A DNA stretch of 64,000 bases from Acidimicrobiaceae bacterium (GCA_003132205.1 PKWY01000033.1:90373-154372); one strand, 5' to 3'; positions 19,241 through 29,618 are shown, counted from the stretch's first letter. Notes: generated by a model not told the origin, from the sequence alone. Program-made: numbers and translations.

Positions 19241-20815
19241 CTAGCTCTGCTCAACGCGATGTTGAGAAATCTTGCGGTCCGGACGTACGATGACCTCGTA
19301 CAGTGCTCCGATTATCACGATGATCGCCATGACGAGCAGGGTGATCCATCCGTAGTTGAAGAGCGCGCGACCACTCGCCAGAGAGCTCGGCCAACAGATG
19401 TTTACGAACATCACCAGCAGGTACGTCATGCCAGTGACCGTGACGGGCATGCCCCACTTGCCGAGTGTGAAGGACCCGCTCGGCTTCCAGCCGCGCTGGC
19501 GGGCGATGAATGATCCAAGCACCGTGAGGAAGAACGAGAGGTAGATCCCCGACACCCCGAACGACACCAGCGCGTACAGGGCGTTGACGTTGGCCGGGTA
19601 GTAGAACCAGAGGATGTGGACGGGCTTGGTCGGGTTGACCAGAACTAGCAGCATGAAGAGGAACGGAACAATGACTCCAATCAGGACCGCGTTCGCCGGC
19701 GTCTTGAACTTCGGCGACACCTTCTTCACCCAGTTACTCGCGGGAAGTGCGCCGTCACGAGCTAACGCGTAGGCGACGCGCGCGCCCGCTCCCTGAACCG
19801 CCGTGCCGCAACTGAAGAAGGCAATGACGACCATGACGAGGAAGAAGTCCGTGATGTAACTCGGCAGTTGCCCGAGGACCACCGGAATGCCTCCCGAGAC
19901 TACGCCCGCGATGCCGGCCTTCGGCGTAGCGAGCAGCAAACCCATCACCAAGACGAAGGAAGCGATCCCACCGTAGAGAATGGCGCTCCGCATTGCCCGT
20001 GGCACCTCTCGGTGCGCGTCAATGGTCTCTTCTGAAATGTCACCGGCTGACTCGAAGCCGTAGAAGATGTACGCATTGGCAAGAACGGCAACGAGAGCGG
20101 CTCCCACCCACCAGTTGCCCGCCAAGTTGACGCCGAACCCGTTTTGGGAGGCGACTTGCACGTGCTGGCTGGTGAACAGGAAACCAAATCCCTGATGGAA
20201 TCCGTGAATCGCGAGGGCCAGGAAGACGCCGAAGGTGCCGATCGTTTCGACGTAGACACCGAGATTGGCGACTCGACCCATGATCTTCGCGCCCACCCCG
20301 TTCAGAATCCCGGAGAGGATGAAGAACAGTCCGACAATTACGAAGATGGTGAGGTGGTTGGACGGGTTGAGATGGGTCTTGAACCAGAGGTTGATCAGAT
20401 CCACGATGTACAGCACCGCGCCCGAGTCAACCGAGGCGACGGTGGCCAGTAGCGCAAACCCGTAGATCCAGCCCACGTACCAGCCGTAGCGCGGTCCGAC
20501 GTTGTACTTGCCGTACTGGTAGAGCGCGCCCGAGAGCGGGTACTCGCTCGCCAGTTCCCCAAAGACAAGAGCCACCAGCGTCATGAAAGCAACGACGATG
20601 GGAATCGTCCAGATGTAGCGTGGTCCTCCGGTGCCGAGTCCCAGCGTGTACAGCGAGTAGATCCCGACCATTGGGCTCAGGTAACTGAAGGCCACCGAGA
20701 AGTTGTCGAAGAATGACAGCACTCTCTTCAGTTCTTCACGGTAACCAAGCGCAATCATTCGTGCGTCTTCGCCGTGGCTAGCGTCGCTCACGTCGCTAAC
20801 TTCGTTGTTAGTCAT
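19241..20815 (-). CDS. APC family amino-acid permease (start corrected to 20815)
   Basis: GYREELKR.LS.F.NF..AFS, YPLSGALYQY and GFESAGDISEE motifs; multiple TM segments. Confidence 0.92.
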   Translation of the reverse strand: MTNNEVSDVSDASHGEDARMIALGYREELKRVLSFFDNFSVAFSYLSPMVGIYSLYTLGLGTGGPRYIWTIPIVVAFMTLVALVFGELASEYPLSGALYQYGKYNVGPRYGWYVGWIYGFALLATVASVDSGAVLYIVDLINLWFKTHLNPSNHLTIFVIVGLFFILSGILNGVGAKIMGRVANLGVYVETIGTFGVFLALAIHGFHQGFGFLFTSQHVQVASQNGFGVNLAGNWWVGAALVAVLANAYIFYGFESAGDISEETIDAHREVPRAMRSAILYGGIASFVLVMGLLLATPKAGIAGVVSGGIPVVLGQLPSYITDFFLVMVVIAFFSCGTAVQGAGARVAYALARDGALPASNWVKKVSPKFKTPANAVLIGVIVPFLFMLLVLVNPTKPVHILWFYYPANVNALYALVSFGVSGIYLSFFLTVLGSFIARQRGWKPSGSFTLGKWGMPVTVTGMTYLLVMFVNICWPSSLASGRALFNYGWITLLVMAIIVIIGALYEVIVRPDRKISQHRVEQS

Positions 20816-21117
20816 ATTTCCCCCTGGTGCGGACTTCCAATGAAGGCCTTTGTAAGGAATATACAAGTTGATGAGCGATCTTGTGGGAATGTACTATGGC
20901 GAAAACCGGAGTCGCCGAACTGTGAGCGGCCCTCAACGAACCCGGGCACGAGAGCATGGTGGGCCTGCGGTGGCACAATTCGAACCTCTCAACAGGATCC
21001 CGCGTCGCTTGGTTGGGTTGTCGTGACGTCATGGTGCAGTCCGCAACCGGCAGGCGAGCGTCCTTGCGTCATCCAATTTCGCAAAGTCGGCCGCGCTCCT
21101 CGGCCGGCCGCACCAAC

Positions 21118-21462
21118 TCAGCGCCAGTGGGGATAGGTGACGTAAAAGAACTTCCCGTACGAGTCGCTCTCCCACAGCACCACGAGCCCCTCGGCCTGGG
21201 GTATGTAGACGACGTCCCCGGGCAGGAAGCTGACCTTCTCGTCACCCTCGGTGAGCGTTATCTCGCCCTCGATCATGTAGCACACCGCGCAGTCGTTGTC
21301 GTATTCGAAATCGACCGGCGCGGACTTCCAGATCTCGGCTACTCCGGACGAAACTGGAGCGCCCTGGGCCTGGGACACGAGATCGACGAGATGGAACTTC
21401 CCTTCTCCCACGTCAAGCGGCTCGGGCTTGATGTCGTTGGCCCTGTTGAGAAATATCAGCAT
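21118..21462 (-). CDS. EutQ-like small cupin
   Basis: SSGVAEIW...DFEYDND...YMIEGEI...PGDVVYIP; no His metal ligands. Confidence 0.75.
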   Translation of the reverse strand: MLIFLNRANDIKPEPLDVGEGKFHLVDLVSQAQGAPVSSGVAEIWKSAPVDFEYDNDCAVCYMIEGEITLTEGDEKVSFLPGDVVYIPQAEGLVVLWESDSYGKFFYVTYPHWR

Positions 21463-21599
21463 GTGCAGCTCCTCATCCTCTTGTCACCTTGAACGCAGAC
21501 CGTCAGCACGCATACGCTCGAAAGGACGCTTACCTGGCCTTCTCTCGGATGGTAGCACCGGGCTACGTGCACTCCTCGGCGACGAGCAAGTCACCCCTC

Positions 21600-22435
21600 G
21601 GCCAGCGCCAGTTGGCGACCGGCACGATTCGAAAGAATGACCGCGTCGGCCGCCGTGCGCGACAGTCTCACGGGCATCATCGGCATCAAGGACCCCCTCC
21701 AACGCGATCTTGCCACTCCACATTGAGCGCAACCACGCCAGATCTTCCCACGTGACACTTGAGTCAAACTGCCCAGCAACCCATTCTTGAGAGTCTTGGG
21801 GGACCTTCCCTGAGGGACCGCGCTTTCGAGGTTTCCGAATGTCAGGGACTTCCCACCCACGGCAACTTGCCGGAGTCATTTGGGATGGCTTGCAACATCC
21901 AACTTTCGGCAGTACGGATTCAGATGCGAGATTCCTCCGTTGAGTCCGTTACGGGCATCACGAAGTCGCCGACGCAACCGCCAAGTCAACGATCAACGCC
22001 AGGGTCGTGCATCCGGCGGCTTGGGCTCTGACAATGAGATTCTCCGCGAAACTACGATCCTTCACTATTTGGAATTGGAACCAAAAGGGTCTGAAGACTT
22101 TGCGAGTAACTTCTTCAATACTGCAAATGGAAAGCGTTCACTCACAGAAGCTGACGCCGACCCGTTCCGCCTGATCTTGAGAGTGACCGGGCAAGCATGC
22201 CAGCAAATCCGACGGGGGGCAAGGGAATTGATTGCGTCTTTCCGAGCGCTGAGGTTTGAAGATTCCGATGAAATACATCACGAAGCACTCTTTGGTGATG
22301 TTTGATTCGGCGCAGGTTATCTTCGTTCGCCTTCAAAGAGTTCTCGGCAAATGCGCCACCGTCGATGTAGTCGAACAGTTGACGAGGAGGTCCCTTGCGA
22401 GCCAGTTCTCGGCAGTCTTCAGTTGTTGCCCGAAC
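21600..22435 (-). pseudogene. lldD: FMN-dependent L-lactate dehydrogenase (alpha-hydroxy acid oxidase) pseudogene
   Basis: Fragments across shifting frames: EDCRELARK..PRQLFDYIDGGAFAE / QRVLRDV / PVGFAGMLAR / CSIEEV...PFWFQ...DRSFAENLIVRAQAAGCTTL / RDARNG / TFGNL / FDSSVTWEDLAWLR..W.GKIALEG / DAVILSNRAGRQL. At least 4 frameshifts, one in-frame TGA and a missing C-terminus. Confidence 0.88.
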
Positions 22436-22664
22436 GAGTCCAAGAGGGTGATCACCGCGAAGTGGTGAAATGGTTACTCCCTATCATGCGCGATACCATC
22501 AAAGCCACAATCGTGCCGGCCTTTAGCCGCATAGAGCGTATTTCATCACCGATCGTCCAGGCTCTGATGGGGAGAGCATCAGAGCCTGGACAGTCGGGAC
22601 TTGGTGCCCCCAAGCCTATTTCGCCATACGACCTTGAGCCACGCGGCCTCACTCGACCTTCTCC

Positions 22665-24008
22665 TTAGAGGCCTCTAGACGCGCGGGTATTGATGTGGGA
22701 CTGAGAATCCCTCGCAGTGTTTAGGGTTCCGTCAACCGTCCAGTAGCGCTTGCCGGCGACCAGGAGTTCTTCGGCGGGGAATTTGGTAATGACCTCACAA
22801 CCGGTTGCGGTGACAACCATCTCTTCCTCAATCCTCGCCGCGCCCCAGCCGTCCTTCGCCGGCCAGTAAGTCTCTAGGGCGAAGACCATTCCCTCCTCGA
22901 TCACTTCTGGGTGATCGAAGGACACGAGCCGCGAAAAGATTGGCTTCTCCCAAATGGATAGACCTACACCGTGGCCGTACTGCAACGCGAAGGCCGCCAT
23001 TTCGTCTGGGAATCCAAACTCTTCGGCCTTGGGCCACACCGACACTATGTCGGCCGTCGTGACACCCGGCTTCACGAGGTCAATTGCATTGTCCATGAAT
23101 TCACGACACCTCGTATAAGCGTCCCGCTGAGCAACACTCGCACTTCCTACGGCAAACGTTCGGTAGTAGCAGGTTCGATATCCATTGAAAGAATGAAGAA
23201 TGTCAAAGAAGGCCGGGTCACCGGGACGAAGTATTCGGTCAGTAAAAACGTGGGGGTGCGGGGAGCAGCGCTCGCCCGAAATGGCGTTGACGCCTTCCAC
23301 GTGCTCGCTGCCAAGATCGTAGAGGACCTTGGATACCAGTCCGACACACTCATTCTCCCTGACGCCCGGACGCAAGAAACCGTATAGCTCGTCGTACGCG
23401 GCATCGACCATCGACGCCGCCGTCGCGAGCAATGAGATCTCGTCCACCGTCTTGATTCTTCGAGCCTCCAAGAAGACCTGTTGGCCATCGACCACATCGA
23501 TGCCAAGATCCTTAAGCGCCATAAGAACGGGTATTTCAACGACATCGACGCCGAGCGGCTCGTTCGCGAGTCCATATTTGTCTAATTCCCGCTTGATTGC
23601 CTTTGCAACATCCTCGGCGATGCCAGCATCAGGAGAGAACGCACCTCGAAGCGTCGAGATGCCAGCCCTTGAACCGTGTTCTGGCTCAACTCCTTCACGA
23701 GCACCGGAACCGTGATCCAGCCAAGGGTTATAGAGAACATGATGCTTCGCAGCCGAGCCGAAATCCCAGACGACCGGCTTGCCGCCTCTTGGCAACAAGG
23801 CAAACCTGATGAGCTTGTCAATGGCCCACGTTCCGATGTGCGTTGACGTCATGTAACGAATGTTGTTGAAGTCAAAAGTCAGAAGTGACCCAAGATTGCT
23901 TTGGTCGAGCTTCGTATTGAGCCGAGCCAGCCGCTCTTGCCTCAATCTGTCAAAGTCGACGCGTTGTTCCCAGTCAACGGTGTTGATTCCGAATGTCTTT
24001 ACCGCCAT
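22665..24008 (-). CDS. M24 (pita-bread fold) peptidase-like hydrolase (start corrected to 24008)
   Basis: Creatinase-like N domain; FDIL..FNGYRTCYYRT, GHGVG, ALET and RIEE motifs; GGAGG RBS. Confidence 0.88.
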   Translation of the reverse strand: MAVKTFGINTVDWEQRVDFDRLRQERLARLNTKLDQSNLGSLLTFDFNNIRYMTSTHIGTWAIDKLIRFALLPRGGKPVVWDFGSAAKHHVLYNPWLDHGSGAREGVEPEHGSRAGISTLRGAFSPDAGIAEDVAKAIKRELDKYGLANEPLGVDVVEIPVLMALKDLGIDVVDGQQVFLEARRIKTVDEISLLATAASMVDAAYDELYGFLRPGVRENECVGLVSKVLYDLGSEHVEGVNAISGERCSPHPHVFTDRILRPGDPAFFDILHSFNGYRTCYYRTFAVGSASVAQRDAYTRCREFMDNAIDLVKPGVTTADIVSVWPKAEEFGFPDEMAAFALQYGHGVGLSIWEKPIFSRLVSFDHPEVIEEGMVFALETYWPAKDGWGAARIEEEMVVTATGCEVITKFPAEELLVAGKRYWTVDGTLNTARDSQSHINTRASRGL

Positions 24009-24093
24009 AATTGCCTCCAGTTTGGAATTTCTTGCTGTGTCGTGCCTCGATGTGTTTCTTGATAAGCAAATGTCTTGCTCTTCGCGCGATTCT

Positions 24094-24873
24094 TCAATGA
24101 ACCTGCTGTCCCCCACTGACGTTCAACGACTCGCCCGTAATGTTTGAACCGGCGTCGGAAGCGAAGAACAGGCAGGCGAATCCCATGTCCTCAGGACTCT
24201 GGGGCCGACCAAGCGGAATTCCACTCACGAAAGCCTGCCAACCATTCTCCCCATCGAGGTCGTTGAGGATTCCGTTGGCAGAGTCATCCCAGAGCGGCGT
24301 GCGTACAACGCCGGGACAGACCGCGTTGACGGTCACGTTGTACGGTGCGGTTTCGAAAGCCAGTGATTGAGTCATCCCGACAACACCGAACTTCGTCGCA
24401 CAGTAGTGTGCGAGCCGAGGAAGTCCTTGCTTGCCAGCCATCGAAGAGATATTGATGATTCTTCCGGACTTTCTGTTGATCATGCCCGGAAGAATTCGCT
24501 GGGTAGTGAGCAATACCCCCTTTAGATTGACGTTCATCATGCTGTCCCAATCGTGATCATCGATATCGAGGAAGTCTCGAACAGTCGAGATGCCCGCGTT
24601 GTTAACCAGGATGTCGATCGAGCCGACCGTTCTTTCAATCTCGCTCGCGGCTGTGTCAATTTCGGTTCTTGACGTGACGTCGAGACGTACTCCAGTTGCG
24701 TTCTGTCCGGCATCGTTCAATTGTGCGGCGAAGTTTTTCGCCGCTTCAAAGTCGAGGTCCCCTATCACTACGTGGGCGCCTTCTCGCGCGAAGACCTGAG
24801 CCACTCCCGCACCGATACCAGAGGCTCCTCCGGTGATCAGCGCCACTCTTCCTTCTAATTGGCCGTTGCCCAT
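24094..24873 (-). CDS. SDR family oxidoreductase (start corrected to 24873)
   Basis: TGGASGIG, NNAG, YCATK. Confidence 0.92.
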   Translation of the reverse strand: MGNGQLEGRVALITGGASGIGAGVAQVFAREGAHVVIGDLDFEAAKNFAAQLNDAGQNATGVRLDVTSRTEIDTAASEIERTVGSIDILVNNAGISTVRDFLDIDDHDWDSMMNVNLKGVLLTTQRILPGMINRKSGRIINISSMAGKQGLPRLAHYCATKFGVVGMTQSLAFETAPYNVTVNAVCPGVVRTPLWDDSANGILNDLDGENGWQAFVSGIPLGRPQSPEDMGFACLFFASDAGSNITGESLNVSGGQQVH

Positions 24874-24901
24874 ATTCTTCCTACTTTCTGTTGGAATCCG
24901 C

Positions 24902-25912
24902 TCAAACTGCATGACTCGTCGAGACCGCTGGAAGGACCTCTTTCGCAATGAGCTCGAGAGATTTGGTGCTGACGTCAAGTGGCATTCCAGGTGGACGCGC
25001 CCAAAAGATCAACTCTTCGAATCCAAACTCCCTTTCCGCCGAAAGGATTGATTCGATTATTTCGTCAGGGGTCCCGACGAAATAGTGCGACGTGGACAGT
25101 TCACGGTAGTCAGTTACGACATCACCATGTGTGTCGACGTCATCCGCGTCGGCGAACCACTTTCTATAACCGTTGAATTGGTACAACAAGGATTCGCCGG
25201 CCAGTTCCCATGCTTCCTCTTTTGATGAAGCGGCGAAGATAACTCGGTTCGTCGCGAGTCGAGGCCTCCCGGGACCGTGGAAGTTTTCCTTGTACGCGTC
25301 GTAAATGTCCTTACCCGCGCCGGAGTCCGGCATGAATCCGCATCCGTATTTGGCCGCTCGCAACGAGGCGAACTTGGAATTCCCCCCGATCCAAAGTGGC
25401 GGACCACCTTCGCTGTAGGGCGTTGGGGCAACGATGACATTATTGAAGTCAAAGTGCTCCGAGTGATATGAGAACCTTTCACCCTTCCAGGCCAACTTCA
25501 AGAGTTCAATCGTCTCGTCGGTACGACGTCCACGCTCGGACTTTGGAACTCCCATAACTTCGAACTCTTCGGGTCGATAGCCTGGAGCAATCCCCAGTTC
25601 GAGCCTTCCCCGAGAGAGTTGGTCGACGAACGCCATGTCTTCGGCTAGCCGCAGTGGATGATGGAGCGGCGCGAGAAGGACTGCAGTACCCAATTTGACC
25701 GAGGAGGTCCGATCGGCGAGTACCGCGAGCATCGGCGCCAATGACGGTAAGTAACCTTCTTCGAGGAAGTGATGCTCTGAAACCCAAATGGAATCGAACC
25801 CGATCTGCTCAGCCAGCACCGCCTGATCAAGGAGTCCTTCGTAAAGATCCGGCCACGGCAACTTCGCCTCCGGAGGATTTCGAAAGTCGTACCAGACGCC
25901 CATTTTGGTCAT
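24902..25912 (-). CDS. LLM-class (luciferase-like) flavin-dependent oxidoreductase
   Basis: AEQIGFDSIWVSEHH, LAEDMAFVDQLSRGRLELG and PPLWIGG motifs. Confidence 0.92.
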   Translation of the reverse strand: MTKMGVWYDFRNPPEAKLPWPDLYEGLLDQAVLAEQIGFDSIWVSEHHFLEEGYLPSLAPMLAVLADRTSSVKLGTAVLLAPLHHPLRLAEDMAFVDQLSRGRLELGIAPGYRPEEFEVMGVPKSERGRRTDETIELLKLAWKGERFSYHSEHFDFNNVIVAPTPYSEGGPPLWIGGNSKFASLRAAKYGCGFMPDSGAGKDIYDAYKENFHGPGRPRLATNRVIFAASSKEEAWELAGESLLYQFNGYRKWFADADDVDTHGDVVTDYRELSTSHYFVGTPDEIIESILSAEREFGFEELIFWARPPGMPLDVSTKSLELIAKEVLPAVSTSHAV

Positions 25913-26985
25913 TTCGCCACCTCAATCAGTACTTTGACATCACCGCTACCGCGACGAATGAGACTCTCAAATCCCTTATCGACTACATCACCCAGGGCAA
26001 TAACCGATGACACCACACGGTCAACGGGCCAACGACCCGTTGCCACCAGTTCAATAACTCGGGGGAAGTCGAACACCGGGTAGCACCAAGTGCCCGAAAG
26101 GGTCAGGTCCTTTACCGCGAGCATCTCGGCAGAAATCGACGCGGGCACCACATGAAGGGCAGTCTGGACAATCTGACCTCCGGGCTTTACGGCATCAATG
26201 CAAGCCTGCAGCGCAGCTTCTTTACCCGCACACTCAACCGCGAGGTCAACGCCTAAACCATTGGTGTGGAGTTTGACTACAGCCGCGAGGTCTTCGGTGA
26301 CCGGATTAACTGGAATAATCTCACCGAGGCCTTCGCCGAGTTTTGCTGCACGTTCCAAGCGAACGGGGTCTGACTCTGAGACAATTACGCGACGCGCACC
26401 CCCCGCAAGGGCGTACATCGCTGCGAGTGACCCAATGGGGCCGGCCCCTGTAATAAGCACAGACTGTCCGGGTTGGAGGTGGCCACGATCAACCCCATAC
26501 GCGGCGACTGCAGCCGGCTCAATTAGCGCCGCTTGAAGCGGTGTCACTTCTTTCGGAACTGGAATGATCTGCGAGGCCTTCACAATCGCCAATTCCGCTA
26601 GTCCGCCCCACGCCGCAGAGAGACCTGTGCAGGCCATAGTACGGCATAGATGATTAGCGCCTCGAGCGCACTGGTCACACTCGCCGCAGTAGATAAGGGG
26701 CATTACCGTGCAGAGATCACCTTGCTTGACTGACGTAACTCCCGCACCCACTTCAACGACGTAAGCCGAGAACTCGTGTCCGAGAATCTGTGGGGCTTTG
26801 GAACCGTTCAGAGGGTGTGGCTCAACGGGGATGACAATCGGGCCATCGGTGTACTCGTGAAGGTCAGTGCCGCAAATTCCACAGAACTGGGGACGTACAA
26901 GTACTTCACCAGCTCCGGGATTTGGCGGTTGGGCCACCTCATCAACGGTGATGGATCCTCGGTTATGAAAAACTGCTGCACGCAT
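25909..26985 (-). CDS. Zn-dependent MDR dehydrogenase (butanediol/sorbitol dehydrogenase-like)
   Basis: CGICGTDLH, GHEF, CxxCxxC...C structural Zn site, GAGPIG. Confidence 0.92.
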   Translation of the reverse strand: MRAAVFHNRGSITVDEVAQPPNPGAGEVLVRPQFCGICGTDLHEYTDGPIVIPVEPHPLNGSKAPQILGHEFSAYVVEVGAGVTSVKQGDLCTVMPLIYCGECDQCARGANHLCRTMACTGLSAAWGGLAELAIVKASQIIPVPKEVTPLQAALIEPAAVAAYGVDRGHLQPGQSVLITGAGPIGSLAAMYALAGGARRVIVSESDPVRLERAAKLGEGLGEIIPVNPVTEDLAAVVKLHTNGLGVDLAVECAGKEAALQACIDAVKPGGQIVQTALHVVPASISAEMLAVKDLTLSGTWCYPVFDFPRVIELVATGRWPVDRVVSSVIALGDVVDKGFESLIRRGSGDVKVLIEVAK

Positions 26986-27030
26986 TGATGCTCCTTGCTA
27001 AAAAGGGGGGAAGTTCGTTCTAAGCCAGAG

Positions 27031-27543
27031 TTACTTGTTCGGTGGACGGTTCGCGAGGTAGTTCGCAATTCCTGCATCGACGTCGGCCTTAGGGCGCCGG
27101 TATTTGTACTCCACTAGTTCGAGGGGATAGCCGTCGGGGTCAGCAAAATACACCCAACGCCAGCCCGCCAGCACTCCTTCGTCAACAACATTGATATCCG
27201 AGTAGAACTCAACTCCCTTGGATTCAAGCAGGGACTTGGCTGCGACAATGTCGTCAACTTCGAATGCAATATGTGACGCACCAATGTTGTTGGAAAGAAG
27301 TGCTTCCTCGGTGTCGGACTCTGGAGCCTTGTATTCGAGAAGCTCCATGTAGGTATCACCAAGCTTCAGGCACACCTGGCGCAGGATTGCTCCTGGTACG
27401 CCAACGGCTGGCCCGAGACCGGCGTGATCAAACCAAGGACTTGGTTCGGTACCAATTTCGAGGCCAAGAAGATCCCTATAGAAGTAAATCGATTTGTCAA
27501 GATCCTTGACGGTGAGTCCAACATGACTTTGTGCCTTAAACAT
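27031..27543 (-). CDS. VOC/glyoxalase family protein
   Basis: HVGLTV.DL.KSI.FY, ELLEY, HIAFEVDD and DPDG..LELVE (metal ligands H/E/H/E). Confidence 0.9.
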   Translation of the reverse strand: MFKAQSHVGLTVKDLDKSIYFYRDLLGLEIGTEPSPWFDHAGLGPAVGVPGAILRQVCLKLGDTYMELLEYKAPESDTEEALLSNNIGASHIAFEVDDIVAAKSLLESKGVEFYSDINVVDEGVLAGWRWVYFADPDGYPLELVEYKYRRPKADVDAGIANYLANRPPNK

Positions 27544-27576
27544 CTTGCCCTTTCTGATTGTGTCGTTTCAATTCAC

Positions 27577-28605
27577 TCATCGCAGTAGATCAACCACAAT
27601 CTTTCCTTTCGCTCTTCGTTCAACGAGCGGAACGATCCCCTTCTCCATCAATTCATCAAGAGAAATAACTCGGTCGAGAGCCAGCGCAGCGACATTCGAT
27701 GACGACAGGATTTCTAGAGCCTCTGGAATGTCCTCGGCACATACGTGAGCCAGGGTTCCGTGCAGGTCAATTTCGCGGAGAGTGAACTGGAGCAAATTGA
27801 CTTCGCTAATGCCAGTGTGAAGACCAAGAATCAATACGTCACCACCACGGCGAACCATGTCGAGAGCCTGCTGTGGGCTCCCCTTCACACCTGTCGCTTC
27901 GATGATTGAGTGTGCACCCAAGCCGCCGGTTATTTCGAGGACACGTGCAGTGGCATCTTCCTTGCGGGCGTTGATGACGTGAGTGGCTCCGAGTTCTGCT
28001 GCGCCTTTGAGCCGCTCTTCGTCAATGTCAATGGCAATAACTGGACTCGCCCCGCGAGCAACCGCACCGGCGATCAAGAATCCCCCAATTCCCCCAACGC
28101 CAATGATGGCGGCACTGGCACCGCTTCGAACTCTTGCTCGACGTAGCCCATGCAGCGCCACAGCAAAGGGTTGAACTAACGCCGCGGAAACATCATCGAC
28201 ATTGTCGGGAACTTTGCGGCAGATTGATGCGGGACTCACCACGTAATCCGCAAGCCCTCCATTTGCATGAAGACCTAGCGTGTAGTACTTGTCACACAGG
28301 TTCGTGCGCCCCTCTTGGCACCATTCGCACGAGCCGCAAGAAACGCCCGAGCCACTTACGACGCGTTCGCCCACGTTAAGTCCAGTTACCTGCGAGCCAA
28401 CTTCTTCAATTACGCCCACAAACTCGTGACCGAGAATGACCGGTGGCACTGCGAGTACTGGGCCGTGATCCCACTCTGAAGAATCTGAACCGCAAATCGC
28501 TGCTTTCGAGACAGCGATGAGGACGTCAAATGGCCCCACCGAGTCGGGTTTTGGCGCATCCTCGATGCGGATGTCACCGGGACCGTAGTAGATGGCGGCC
28601 TTCAA
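27577..28605 (-). CDS. Zn-dependent MDR dehydrogenase
   Basis: ICGSD, GHEFVG, CGSCEWC..NLC, GVGGIG. Confidence 0.92.
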   Translation of the reverse strand: MKAAIYYGPGDIRIEDAPKPDSVGPFDVLIAVSKAAICGSDSSEWDHGPVLAVPPVILGHEFVGVIEEVGSQVTGLNVGERVVSGSGVSCGSCEWCQEGRTNLCDKYYTLGLHANGGLADYVVSPASICRKVPDNVDDVSAALVQPFAVALHGLRRARVRSGASAAIIGVGGIGGFLIAGAVARGASPVIAIDIDEERLKGAAELGATHVINARKEDATARVLEITGGLGAHSIIEATGVKGSPQQALDMVRRGGDVLILGLHTGISEVNLLQFTLREIDLHGTLAHVCAEDIPEALEILSSSNVAALALDRVISLDELMEKGIVPLVERRAKGKIVVDLLR

Positions 28606-29582
28606 CTTCCCAGCTCCACGTGAACCTTCGTCGTCTTTCCGCCGGCGCGTGAAAGAGCGAACGCCTCAGCGCAGTCACTGTGAGCGAAGTGGTCAGAGAC
28701 AATCGGAGAAGGATCGACCACTCCGGAGCTAAGGAATCGAATGGTCTGAGGCCAAACGTTCATCGAACCAATGATGCCCTTCACCTCTAGAGACTTCGCC
28801 TGGATAAGGCCCATGGGGGCTTGAGCGGTGCCGCCAACATTGATGCCGACGAAGACGAGACGAGCGCTGTGGCCCGCGAGTTCAATCGCGTTAGCCATCG
28901 CTTTGGGGTGGCCGGCCGATTCAAGCACCACATCAAACATGTCGCCATCAGTTAGCTGAGCGGCCTTCTTCTGGTCGGCTGGCGACTCCGGATCAAGGAC
29001 GTACTCAATGCCAAGCTCCAGTGCCTTCTGACGACGGAACTCCTGAGGCTCGAACAGCGCAACCTTGGCACCGCGTCCTTTGGCAGCAAGTGCAGCCATC
29101 AACCCAATGGGGCCTCCTCCGAGCACCGCAACCCGGTCAGCCGGATCAACGCGGGCAACGAATGTTGCGTTGTATGCAACGCTGAAGGGCTCAACGAGCG
29201 CACCCATGGTCCAACTCATGGAATCAGGGAATTTGTGAAGCCACTCTGCTTTTACAATGAAATACTCAGCCATTGCTCCAGAGATGGTGAAACCAAAGTG
29301 GTCTTTGCCGCCTGCGTTCACCACGCACTCACCCACTACGCGGTCATCGGCACTGAACCCAGTTACGTCACTGCCGACTTCAGTTACCTCTCCCGCCCAC
29401 TCATGGCCGGGAATAATTGGGTAACTGAAGGGCAAGATGTAGCGGCCTTCAAGGAGTTCGATATCCGAGTGACAGATGCCCACCGCCTTTGACTTAACTA
29501 GCACCTCGTCAGGCCCAATGGAAGGGACATCCGCATCCATGAACTTGATCGATTCTCTATCCGTGAAGACCGTGGCTTTCAT
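28602..29582 (-). CDS. Zn-dependent MDR dehydrogenase lacking the structural-Zn lobe
   Basis: GICHSD, GHEW and GGGPIG present; the Cys4 lobe is reduced to GECVVNAGGKDHFG. Confidence 0.88.
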   Translation of the reverse strand: MKATVFTDRESIKFMDADVPSIGPDEVLVKSKAVGICHSDIELLEGRYILPFSYPIIPGHEWAGEVTEVGSDVTGFSADDRVVGECVVNAGGKDHFGFTISGAMAEYFIVKAEWLHKFPDSMSWTMGALVEPFSVAYNATFVARVDPADRVAVLGGGPIGLMAALAAKGRGAKVALFEPQEFRRQKALELGIEYVLDPESPADQKKAAQLTDGDMFDVVLESAGHPKAMANAIELAGHSARLVFVGINVGGTAQAPMGLIQAKSLEVKGIIGSMNVWPQTIRFLSSGVVDPSPIVSDHFAHSDCAEAFALSRAGGKTTKVHVELGS

Positions 29583-29618
29583 TTCTCTTTCCTTTGAAGA
29601 AGGTGTTGGGACTGACTA

